Shown: positions 1 through 8,686 of the stretch, in pieces
Numbering within the stretch: the first letter of the stretch is position 1
How the letters are laid out: each line of letters opens with the position of its first letter
Origin: a virus
Length of the DNA stretch: 64,000 bases
Virus record (IMG/VR): IMGVR_UViG_3300042904_000308
Coordinates: 1-64,000 of that record
Reading direction: 5' to 3' (one strand)
Translations under genes and position numbers: made by a program
The notes under the pieces: generated by a model
The model's database searches: none
What the model saw: the letters and a program-made list of their open reading frames with translations, nothing else
Told to the model about the DNA's origin: nothing

Positions 1-102
1 GGCGATGTTGAGTGGCACTGGGCGCAGCGCGACAAGATGCCCATCCGCGCTGCCGCGATCACCTACGAAGTGCAGAGCCACTTCTCACGCGCCCACGCCT
101 AA
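1..102 (+). CDS. 3' end of a probable tail completion/terminator protein (partial)
   Basis: Open frame from base 1 to TAA at 100-102 (…WHWAQRDKMPIRAAAITYEVQSHFSRAHA); sits directly before the tail tube gene. Confidence 0.5.
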   Translation, partial: GDVEWHWAQRDKMPIRAAAITYEVQSHFSRAHA

Positions 103-188
103 AAGCCTGGGCCTCCCCCCCCCCTTCTCAGAGTTTGGTAAGCAAATCATATTGTTTTATGTCCCTTACATAGGAAAGAGGTAATGTT

Positions 189-1196
189 ATGGCTGGAGTT
201 GCCGATACTGGTTATTTTGCCATCTCGACCGAGAGTACGGCAGGTACCGCAGAAACCACGCCTGAGGATTTCCTCCAGGTCGAGGAAGTTAATTTCGAGT
301 GGGAAAACGAGTTCATCGACGTGCGAACGATCCAGGGCTCCCGACAGGCGGTCGAGGTGCTGGACGGCGCGGTGCGCCCGAGCGCCACGGTTCGTTCTCC
401 CCTGTATGCCAGCGGTGCGGTTGGCCGCATCTTCTACGGCCTGCTCGGCGGGTATTCCACGGCTGTGGAGGGCTCGTCGGCAACGGCGCAGCGCCACACC
501 TTCGAGGATGCCGCGAGCCTGCCATCGTTCACCCTTGAGCGTGCTGACGCTCGCCAGGGCGAGGGCGGTCTGCTCTGTCAGCGAATGGCTGGCGCGAAGG
601 TCGAATCGGTTTCCATGTCGTGCGCCTTCGGTGAGAAGGTCGACCTGGAAGTCCAGTTCCAGGCCACCAAGAAGCCCGTCACGGCGACTGCGGTTGCCGA
701 CGGTTCCGTGGTCTATCCGACCGAGACGCCGATGTACTTCCTCGGCGCGGTCGTGGAAGTCGACGACGTTGCGAGCACCGATTTCAAGAGCGTGCAGCTG
801 GAGATGCGCAACACGCTGGAGCGGCAGGACTCCCTGCGCGGCTCTGCCGAGTCGTACATCATCGCTGAAGGCGGCTTCGATGTGACGCTGTCGGGCATGC
901 TGACGTTCGACTCGCTGGATATGTACAACCGATTCAGCAACGGCACCGAGATGAAGGTCGAATTCATCTTCACGTCGGACACTGCGGCGGCAGCTGACGG
1001 GCCTGGCAATGTCTACTACCTCGTGCATGTCACGATGCCGAAGGTGAAGATTTCCCGTCTCTCGATTCCGTACACCGCTGGTGGCGTGATCGAGGCCGAC
1101 GCGACGTTCCGCGTGCTCTACGACAAGACGACGGGTGTGACGATCACGCCTGAGATTGTGAACCTGGACGCCGCGAGCGCCTACGACGCGGCCTAA
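189..1196 (+). CDS. major tail (tail tube) protein
   Basis: 335 aa; phage tail-tube-like sequence (…E..G…HTF…SFTLE…G.KV..); GAGGT RBS; canonical position before chaperones and tape measure. Confidence 0.85.
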   Translation: MAGVADTGYFAISTESTAGTAETTPEDFLQVEEVNFEWENEFIDVRTIQGSRQAVEVLDGAVRPSATVRSPLYASGAVGRIFYGLLGGYSTAVEGSSATAQRHTFEDAASLPSFTLERADARQGEGGLLCQRMAGAKVESVSMSCAFGEKVDLEVQFQATKKPVTATAVADGSVVYPTETPMYFLGAVVEVDDVASTDFKSVQLEMRNTLERQDSLRGSAESYIIAEGGFDVTLSGMLTFDSLDMYNRFSNGTEMKVEFIFTSDTAAAADGPGNVYYLVHVTMPKVKISRLSIPYTAGGVIEADATFRVLYDKTTGVTITPEIVNLDAASAYDAA

Positions 1197-1209
1197 GAAT
1201 TAGTGTCTT

Positions 1210-1245
1210 GAGGGGTGAGGTTGGTTTCCTCACCCCTTTTTCTTT
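1210..1245 (+). terminator. intrinsic terminator after the tail tube gene
   Basis: AGGGGTGAGG-ttggttt-CCTCACCCCT stem followed by a T-tract. Confidence 0.8.
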
Positions 1246-1269
1246 CAACACGTAAGAGGAGAGTGTGAC

Positions 1270-1632
1270 ATGGGATTTTTGAGAGTAAGCAACCCACAGG
1301 AAGTTCGACGTATTACTACGCCTGAGGGTGACGATTGGATCGAGCTTAAAGCAGACTTTTCAAAGGCCGACGTGAACAAGATGATTGTGCGAGCGCCGAA
1401 GACGGGTGACGACATCAAGTCGAGCCTCGACTTCATCGACAGCTTCTTCGAGATTGCCGTCGTCAACTGGTCGCTGACCGATGACGCAGGCAACGCGGTG
1501 AAGCCATCACTGTCGGTCTACAAATCACTGAGCAACGACGCGGCCAAGTGGGTCGACGAGCAGCTGGGAGAGGCGATTAGCTCGCTGCTCGGCAAGGAGG
1601 CCGAAGAAGAGGGAAAGCAGCCTTCGTCCTAG
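1270..1632 (+). CDS. tail assembly chaperone (gpG-like)
   Basis: 120 aa between tail tube and tape measure; GAGGAG RBS; slippery heptamer near the 3' end. Confidence 0.85.
   Translation: MGFLRVSNPQEVRRITTPEGDDWIELKADFSKADVNKMIVRAPKTGDDIKSSLDFIDSFFEIAVVNWSLTDDAGNAVKPSLSVYKSLSNDAAKWVDEQLGEAISSLLGKEAEEEGKQPSS
1611..1617 (+). other. programmed -1 frameshift site G GGA AAG
   Basis: Identical to the lambda G/GT slippery site; in-frame Gly-Lys codons; the -1 frame is open from 1611 into the 1647..1934 ORF. Confidence 0.9.
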
Positions 1633-1646
1633 CACAGGACGCTGCA

Positions 1647-1934
1647 ATGGGCCTCAATCGGCCTGCTGAATGGGACAAGCACCCTCGCCTCAAACTGCTG
1701 TACGAGGATTATCTCCTCTGCCGCACACAAGACTTGAAGATTTTCGAGAAGGCTGTCGATGGCGGCAGCAAGAAGGATCAGAAGAAGAAGCTGATGATTG
1801 TGCCGTGGACGACGGGATTCGCCCAGCTTCCCAGCGCGGGGGGCATCGATGACCAGGACTACCAGCGCATGCGTATCTTCTCGGAGTTCTTGCGTGGTGA
1901 TCGACAGGGTTCAATGCGACTGATGAACAGCTAA
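1647..1934 (+). CDS. tail assembly chaperone, frameshift extension (gpT-like; made as a 1270..1934 fusion)
   Basis: LPSAGGIDDQD motif typical of gpT-like segments; no clear RBS; reached by the -1 shift. Confidence 0.8.
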   Translation: MGLNRPAEWDKHPRLKLLYEDYLLCRTQDLKIFEKAVDGGSKKDQKKKLMIVPWTTGFAQLPSAGGIDDQDYQRMRIFSEFLRGDRQGSMRLMNS

Positions 1935-1959
1935 CGGCAACTGATCGAAAACACCAGCA

Positions 1960-2000
1960 GGCGGGTGAGGCCAGATCGGTTTCACCCGCCACCTTTTTTT
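1960..2000 (+). terminator. intrinsic terminator before the tape measure gene
   Basis: GGCGGGTGA…TCACCCGCC stem followed by T7. Confidence 0.75.
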
Positions 2001-2016
2001 GTTTGGAGGAACATAC

Positions 2017-5000
2017 ATGGCAAGATCGATCAACATTCGAATTGAATCTACTCTGAACAATGCTGGGTTCAAGGCGCTCATTGCCAACATTAACTCCGCG
2101 CAGCAGGCGATGGCGAAGCTGAACGGCACCTTCGGATCGAGCTCGAACAGCTCGAACGCGATGGCGCAGCGTGCCAAGCAGATCGCGGATTCGATGAAGC
2201 AGGCCACGGCTGAAGCGACGGCGGCGGCGACGGCCATCGACAAGATGAATGCCTCGATGGCGAAGACGGGGAACTCCGCCGCGAACAAGGCAGCGCGGCT
2301 GCAGGCCGCGTCAGCGGCGACGAACGCGCTGATGCAGAACGCCAACCGCGCCTCGACCTCCCTCACCAGACTGGGTACCGCTGCCCAGCGAACCTCGACG
2401 CAGGTGGGCCAGTCGACGAGTGCCGCTGGCCGCTTCGGGTCCGCTGTGTCGCGATGGATGGCTCCAATTGCGAGCATTCTCGGCATGCTTAACAGGCTGG
2501 CGAACGCGCTGGGCCGCACGCTGGTCCAGAGCCTGGTTCGCGCTACCTCCGCCGTTCTGCGATTCATCTCGGCAGGCGCTCGCTTCGCGGCGATGAAGGC
2601 CACGCTCGACAGCACAGGCCGCTCCTTCAGCATGTTCGGCATGCAGGTTGAGCGGGGGATGCGTCAGGCGAACAGGTCCGTTATGGAATTCTACGCGGCA
2701 GGCTGGTCGCTCCTCATGGGCGGTCAGATGATCGGCGGTGCTGGGCGTCGGGGCATAGGAATGATGGGCGGAATGCTCAATGACTTCCTTGCCTACGAAC
2801 AACAACGGACCCGTTTAGGGATTGCCGCCATTGACTTTAACAATCCTCAACCAATTGCGCAGTCGAACAAGCTGATCGATGAGATGATCTTCGGCATCCA
2901 GCGAGGGCAGTACGGCGCTCCTGTGCCGATGAGCGCTGCACAGCTTGCGGAAGGCGCGTACTACTACCAGTCAGCGATTGGTACGCCCGTTTCCAATAAG
3001 CAGCAGGCTGAACAGCTTGCCAAAATTATTACGCCGATTCTGCAGACAGCGGCGTTCACCAGGACTCAGCCCGAGACGGCGATGAAGGGTGTGCTGAACG
3101 CGGCGATGATGTTCGGCATCGATCCACGCCAGACTCATCAGGTCGCTGGTGATGGTCAGCGGCTTGCCACTGCAGATGTGATGCGGCAGATCACGGCGTC
3201 GATGGGTCTTCTGACCAACATCTCGACGCTGGAGTTTCCTGACATTGCCGAAACCTTCAAGATGATGGGTCCGATGATGAACCTCTTGAGTGGAGGGGAT
3301 GTCGGGCAAGGCTTGAACGAGGCAATGCTCTGGACGTTCCTGGCCTCCGACATGGGCCTCAGAGGCTCACTGGTTGGTCGTGGCTTCAATCAGGCGATGA
3401 ACTCGCTGCTCGATCCGACCGCCAGAATGGACAAAACCGCGAACAGTCTGTGGGGCGCTGACGCCAGAGACGTCTTCTTTAATGAGGACGGGCTGCTCAA
3501 AGGCGGTCTGCGAGGATTCATTGAGCAGTTTGGCAAGGACAAGCTCGACGACTCGGAGTGGATGCAGGCCGCAGCCGAATTCTTCACGACGAACGCGACG
3601 AGAAACCTGATTCCCGTCATCGAGGCCTTCCGAAACGATCCAGAAAAGATCGCGGAATTCGAGAAGATGTTTTCGGATGGCTCTCCGTTGAAATTGCTGG
3701 AAGAGGCCACGGCTCGCTACAACGACTCGATTCAGGGCCACCTGGATCAGGTTCGCAATGCGTGGTTCGAGGTTCAGAACGCGATCATCTCTTCGATTGA
3801 AGGTCCGTTCAAGTCCGCCTTGAGCGGTATCACCGAAGTCTTCCGCGCCATCGCGGATGCGCTGAGTGAGAATCCCGCGATTGCGCGGTTCGCGGCAGGG
3901 CTGGCCGCGATTGGCTCGGCAGTCATGGTTGGCATCGGCGGCATGCTGACATTCGCAGGCACGGTCCTGATTCTGGCCCGAGCCTTTGCAATGGCGCACG
4001 GCTCGATGGCCCTGCTGCTGCGGTTCGCCATCGCGATCCCCATGCTGCTGGCGTCAGTTATTCCGTTGATTCTCGCGCTGGCTGCTGGCGCAATCCTGCT
4101 CCGCCGAGCCTGGGACTCCAATTTCCTCGGTATTCGCGAGAAGGTTGAAGAGTTCCGAGACGGCTTTGCGGAAACGCTGAGCGACGTGATGGGGCGCGTC
4201 GAGCGCTTCAGCCGAGCGGTGGCCGAGTTCTTCGAGGCCTTCGTCAACCAGAAGGCCGACGAGTTCCTGGCCTGGCTTGACACGGTCGGCCAGCAGGTTG
4301 AAACCGTCCGCCGCTTCTTTGACGCCTTCGCGAAGGGCACGCTGGTTGGCTTCCTGGGCACCCTGCTCGCGGTCGCCGCTGGCATCCGAGCGCTGGTGTC
4401 GGAGCTGGGCAGAATTGTCGATGCTGGACGAGCGGTCGAGAGCTTTATTGAAAGTCTGACAGGTCTTGAGCTGACGGCGACGAACGTCGGCCAGACGCTC
4501 GGCCTGATCTTTGGCGCGGCTCTGGCCGCACGCATCTTGCTGATGCTGCCACCTGTCCAGATGGTGATCGCGGCGTTCACGAGACTGGCGTCAGCTGCGG
4601 TCCTGCTGGCCGCGCAAACGGTGCTGCTGGGCTTCCGCATGGCTGCGCTGGCCGTGTCCTTTGCGGCGACGGCAGCTGGGGCGTTTCTGGCCCTGAGCCC
4701 GATTGCCATGCTCGGTATTGTCCTCGCTGCTGCGGCGATTGGGATCATCGCCTTTATCGGCTACACCCAGGGGCTTGGCGCGGTCGTGCAGGCGGCAAGC
4801 GATGTCCTGTCGGGATTCCTTGCCGTTGCCATCCCCATTGGCGAGACGCTCTTGAGAGTGGGAGCGGTCATCGCTGTGATCGCGGCTGCGTTTGGCAAGC
4901 TCGTCTATGAGATTGCTGGCGTTCTGGCCCCCCTCCTGGGCCTCCGCAATGAGTTCGAAGTACTTGGTGCGGCGATTGCGCTGGTTGTTGGGGTCTACCT

Positions 5001-8000
5001 GACGAACATGCTGGTTGGTGGTCTGACACAGGTCATCGCGAAGCTGGGCATTGCTACGCTGGCATCAGCGGCGTTTTCCGCGAAGATGGTGCTCGGGTTC
5101 GGAGCCGTCGGAGTCGCCATCATGGCGCTCGCGCCTCACTTTGATACCCTGACGGGCTGGCTTGATGCCCTCGATGAAAAGCTCACGGGCGGCATGATCG
5201 GTGACGCGCTTGAAGGTAAAGGCGAGGAGATTGCCACTGGTGGAGTCCTGGCGGCACTTATGGGTCGTGGTCTGCTCGCCAAGGGCGCAGCAGGACTCGG
5301 GGGGCTGCTGATGACTCCCACTGTCGCAACGGGGCTTGGTGCAGCTGGTCTTGCTGGGTTGTATACGGCTGCGGGGTACGAGCTCTACAAGAATCCCCCA
5401 GGGGAGAAGATTCCTACTGACGTCGATGATTACTTCGGCGGCTCCATGTCTCATATCGCAGGCCTGCAATTCAACAATCATAGCAACGATGCAGCAGAGC
5501 GTACTCAAGTCATGCAAGCGCTGTCACGAGCGCTGATGGATTCCCAGCAGGCGTACGGCTATGTTCCCGATAACTGGCAGTTGGAAGCGAAGAAGACTGG
5601 CTTCAGTGCTGATGAGATTCAGAGCGTTCTCAGTCAGATGCCGCACGGTCGCGTGACTACGAAGGGCGAAGCGGGAAGTATCGCGCTGAATCTGGTGCAA
5701 GACTACGCGGAAATGGCGACATCGATAAACACGTCGAACCAGAAAGCGGTCGATGACCTTGAAGCCGCGAAAAAGGAAAGCCAGTCTATCGCGGATAAGG
5801 GCTGGGGCGTTTTTGAAGACATTATGGACCAGGCTGGCCTTGGCAAAAACATGGACGACGTCAAGGGATACCTGTCCTCTGTTGGAGTCAATCCTGATAT
5901 TGGTGACTTCACCCCTGAAATTGACAGCTTTATGGGACTTGACCCGCGAGGTGAGTACCGTGATGAGCTAACCAAAATGCTCGGGCCAGAGATGGCGAAG
6001 TGGCTCGGTGATCAATGGGATCGTAGCTCGTTCGAAAACGTGCAGGCGAAAATGGGAGACAAGGAAGCCCAGGCGCTTTATGACGGCATGGGTATCCCCG
6101 TTCCGCAGGGCGGCGGTCAGCTGAGTCAAGGTGGCCTTGAGGACTTGATTGACTTCGACGAGGAAGCGCTGCAAGCGAGGATACAGCAGATTGAGGAGCT
6201 CAACAATCAGGCCATCGAGAGCATCCGCAACATGTCGCTGCCGCAGGCCGTGAGCGGTGCGTTGAAGACGCAGTTCCAGAACATGTCCCTCGGTGAGGGC
6301 ATGGCGATGTGGGGCGACCTCTTCCAGAACATGATCCCCGAGGGCGCGGAGTGGTCAAACATCTTCGAGGGTATCGCGGACGTCGTCGGCTATGAGGCTG
6401 GCAAGCACGCGAACATCCTCGGCAAGAACATGCACAACGTGCTGCGCGACAGCGATGGATTCCAGAACTGGGCCGCTGAGATGGGCCTCTCTATGGATGA
6501 AGCGATAGCTGACATTCCAAAGTTCATGCACGCGGAAGAGCTGATTCCACAGGCATTCCAGGGATTGCTGACGGGCATCGACGCGATGGGGCCGCAGGTG
6601 TACGAGAAGTTCGATCATCTCGGCCAGGAGCTCGGTTTCGCTGGCGTCGACATGCTGGAAGTCTCGCAGTTCGCCATCAGCAAGGCGATGGCGGGGCAGT
6701 CGTGGGACTTCGCGGACTATATTGCCGAAGCATGGGACATGGAGATTGGCACCGCTGAGGAGTATCTCCGCGCCAACGGGATCGACCCAGGCGTTATCTC
6801 CTCGGACATGTTCATGGCGCTCGACATGGCGATTGCCTCGTCGTTCGGTCAGGTGAACGTCATCACCGACGACACCTTAACCAAAATTGAGGACTGGGCG
6901 ACGGAAGTTGGAGGCAAGGTTCTCGAAGTCACTCGTGAGGAATTCAACTCGCTGACCGAGGCGGAGCGTATTAGCCTGTCAGGTGCAGGGTTCATGTTCG
7001 TGCTCACGGAAGACGACGTCCAGGTCGACACCGAAGGTGGTCAGGCCGCTATTAACAAAGGGCTAGAAGGCCTGGGCCAGTCGGTTATGGATCATTGGAC
7101 TAACTATGACCAGCCGCCTCTCGATATCAGACAGCCTGTAACCTTCACCCTGGAAGTTGAGGGTGGCGTGCCGAAGATCGAAGGCAGCGGCAAGACCCCA
7201 GGCACGTCGCTATTCACTCCTTACATTCCACCAGACCTCCTGAATCCGCCAGTGATTCGGTCGGTGCAGAAGGTAGAAGTGACCACAGATGTCACCTACT
7301 TGACGCCTGGCACAGGGACTGCCGACAAGAACTGGTCGCCCGTTGCTGCGGGACTCGGACTTGCCAGTAAGAACAATACAGCTGGTGGTGGGGGCGTCTA
7401 CACGTTTCCTCCCATCAGCGCCGTGCAAGAGGTGCAGGTTGCCACGGTGGTCAACGAACAGGGGGCTATTGACGAAGTTCAGGCCAAGCTCGATGCGGTC
7501 AAAGACGTCATTGACGGGCTGTCGTTGCCTGTCTTGACCTTAACGCAGGAAGTGGAGATTGACTACGTCGTCCCAGGCGCTGCCAGCGGATTCCCGATGG
7601 GAACCTCCTTTCCTGGCGGCGATGCTGCCCCCAGCGGCATCACCATTCCTATAACGGCGGATACGTCAGCGTTCACCTCAGCGATGGTGTCAGTGTCAAG
7701 CGCAATTAATGCCTTAAGCCTCACGACATTTACCGCAAAAGTTGACCTGGATAAGAGCGGCTTTGACACATCGATCATTGCACTGTCGAGCGCTCTTAGT
7801 GCCTTGAGTTTGGTGACGTGGACAGCAACTGTGGACTTGAAAGCGGGAGAGAACATCTACTGGTTCGATGAAACACTTGTTCCAGGTCTTCAACACTTTT
7901 CAACAAGTACTGCTATTGCCGACGTTGATATCCAAGACCTTGCAAGCGCAGATTTGGAAAGCATTGTTGGTTTGTTAACCATTGTCGACAGCTTTGACGC

Positions 8001-8616
8001 GGTGCCGACTGCGACATTGACCGATAGCGCCAGCGAAATGCTTCGCGACATTATCGGACTGCTGACTATCGTCGATAGCTTCAATGCGGTTGCGACCGCA
8101 ACGGTTCTTGTTAGTGGCTTGGGTACCGCACAGTCGCTGCTCAACACCTTGTATTCCCTCGATGGCTATCACGCCTCGTCAAGTGCTTCCTTTACGCAAA
8201 CGACAATTTTGCAGACCATTGATCAAGGCACCCGCTTCTTTGGGTTTGCGGAGGGTGGCGTCCACCGAGGCCCGTCTCCGTACGCTGTCGTCGGTGAAGA
8301 GGGGCCAGAGCTGATCAAGATGCCGTTCGGCACACGCATCTATCCGCACGACGAGTCGATGCGAATGCTGTCACAGATGGCATCCTCGCCCGTCCGCACC
8401 GAGTCCTACGCGAATGCGTTCAATGGCTCGGGTGGATCGGCTGGCGCGGCAGGCGGTCAGCCGTCTGGTGACGTGAACATCACCTTCAACGGCGATATGC
8501 ACTTCCAGACCAGGGCCGACGTCGACTATCTGGTCGACAGCGTGATCCGCGAGATGGGTCGCAAGATCGAGAACGCGGAGCGCATCATGCCGACAGACGG
8601 CGGCAGAATCTCCTAA
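2017..8616 (+). CDS. tail tape measure protein
   Basis: ~2199 aa, Ala/Gly-rich and helical with a hydrophobic central region; C-terminal FAEGG…VGEEGPELI motif; GGAGGA RBS before ATG 2017. Confidence 0.95.
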   Translation: MARSINIRIESTLNNAGFKALIANINSAQQAMAKLNGTFGSSSNSSNAMAQRAKQIADSMKQATAEATAAATAIDKMNASMAKTGNSAANKAARLQAASAATNALMQNANRASTSLTRLGTAAQRTSTQVGQSTSAAGRFGSAVSRWMAPIASILGMLNRLANALGRTLVQSLVRATSAVLRFISAGARFAAMKATLDSTGRSFSMFGMQVERGMRQANRSVMEFYAAGWSLLMGGQMIGGAGRRGIGMMGGMLNDFLAYEQQRTRLGIAAIDFNNPQPIAQSNKLIDEMIFGIQRGQYGAPVPMSAAQLAEGAYYYQSAIGTPVSNKQQAEQLAKIITPILQTAAFTRTQPETAMKGVLNAAMMFGIDPRQTHQVAGDGQRLATADVMRQITASMGLLTNISTLEFPDIAETFKMMGPMMNLLSGGDVGQGLNEAMLWTFLASDMGLRGSLVGRGFNQAMNSLLDPTARMDKTANSLWGADARDVFFNEDGLLKGGLRGFIEQFGKDKLDDSEWMQAAAEFFTTNATRNLIPVIEAFRNDPEKIAEFEKMFSDGSPLKLLEEATARYNDSIQGHLDQVRNAWFEVQNAIISSIEGPFKSALSGITEVFRAIADALSENPAIARFAAGLAAIGSAVMVGIGGMLTFAGTVLILARAFAMAHGSMALLLRFAIAIPMLLASVIPLILALAAGAILLRRAWDSNFLGIREKVEEFRDGFAETLSDVMGRVERFSRAVAEFFEAFVNQKADEFLAWLDTVGQQVETVRRFFDAFAKGTLVGFLGTLLAVAAGIRALVSELGRIVDAGRAVESFIESLTGLELTATNVGQTLGLIFGAALAARILLMLPPVQMVIAAFTRLASAAVLLAAQTVLLGFRMAALAVSFAATAAGAFLALSPIAMLGIVLAAAAIGIIAFIGYTQGLGAVVQAASDVLSGFLAVAIPIGETLLRVGAVIAVIAAAFGKLVYEIAGVLAPLLGLRNEFEVLGAAIALVVGVYLTNMLVGGLTQVIAKLGIATLASAAFSAKMVLGFGAVGVAIMALAPHFDTLTGWLDALDEKLTGGMIGDALEGKGEEIATGGVLAALMGRGLLAKGAAGLGGLLMTPTVATGLGAAGLAGLYTAAGYELYKNPPGEKIPTDVDDYFGGSMSHIAGLQFNNHSNDAAERTQVMQALSRALMDSQQAYGYVPDNWQLEAKKTGFSADEIQSVLSQMPHGRVTTKGEAGSIALNLVQDYAEMATSINTSNQKAVDDLEAAKKESQSIADKGWGVFEDIMDQAGLGKNMDDVKGYLSSVGVNPDIGDFTPEIDSFMGLDPRGEYRDELTKMLGPEMAKWLGDQWDRSSFENVQAKMGDKEAQALYDGMGIPVPQGGGQLSQGGLEDLIDFDEEALQARIQQIEELNNQAIESIRNMSLPQAVSGALKTQFQNMSLGEGMAMWGDLFQNMIPEGAEWSNIFEGIADVVGYEAGKHANILGKNMHNVLRDSDGFQNWAAEMGLSMDEAIADIPKFMHAEELIPQAFQGLLTGIDAMGPQVYEKFDHLGQELGFAGVDMLEVSQFAISKAMAGQSWDFADYIAEAWDMEIGTAEEYLRANGIDPGVISSDMFMALDMAIASSFGQVNVITDDTLTKIEDWATEVGGKVLEVTREEFNSLTEAERISLSGAGFMFVLTEDDVQVDTEGGQAAINKGLEGLGQSVMDHWTNYDQPPLDIRQPVTFTLEVEGGVPKIEGSGKTPGTSLFTPYIPPDLLNPPVIRSVQKVEVTTDVTYLTPGTGTADKNWSPVAAGLGLASKNNTAGGGGVYTFPPISAVQEVQVATVVNEQGAIDEVQAKLDAVKDVIDGLSLPVLTLTQEVEIDYVVPGAASGFPMGTSFPGGDAAPSGITIPITADTSAFTSAMVSVSSAINALSLTTFTAKVDLDKSGFDTSIIALSSALSALSLVTWTATVDLKAGENIYWFDETLVPGLQHFSTSTAIADVDIQDLASADLESIVGLLTIVDSFDAVPTATLTDSASEMLRDIIGLLTIVDSFNAVATATVLVSGLGTAQSLLNTLYSLDGYHASSSASFTQTTILQTIDQGTRFFGFAEGGVHRGPSPYAVVGEEGPELIKMPFGTRIYPHDESMRMLSQMASSPVRTESYANAFNGSGGSAGAAGGQPSGDVNITFNGDMHFQTRADVDYLVDSVIREMGRKIENAERIMPTDGGRIS

Positions 8617-8633
8617 TCAGTTTTCAACGTAAC

Positions 8634-8667
8634 AGGGCACCCCCACTCTCGGGGGTGCTCGCTTTTT
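8634..8667 (+). terminator. intrinsic terminator after the tape measure gene
   Basis: GGGCACCCCC-actctc-GGGGGTGCTC stem followed by a T-tract. Confidence 0.7.
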
Positions 8668-8686
8668 GTGCGCCTCGGAGGGGTCT

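Noticed and set aside
103-115. AAGCCTGGGCCTC shared with 62397-62409 (minus strand)
   Set aside because: It also occurs in coding DNA at 22542; 13-mer matches are expected by chance at this length.
115-124. C10 homopolymer upstream of the tail tube gene (phase variation?)
   Set aside because: Intergenic, with no promoter context identified; may be a sequencing artefact.
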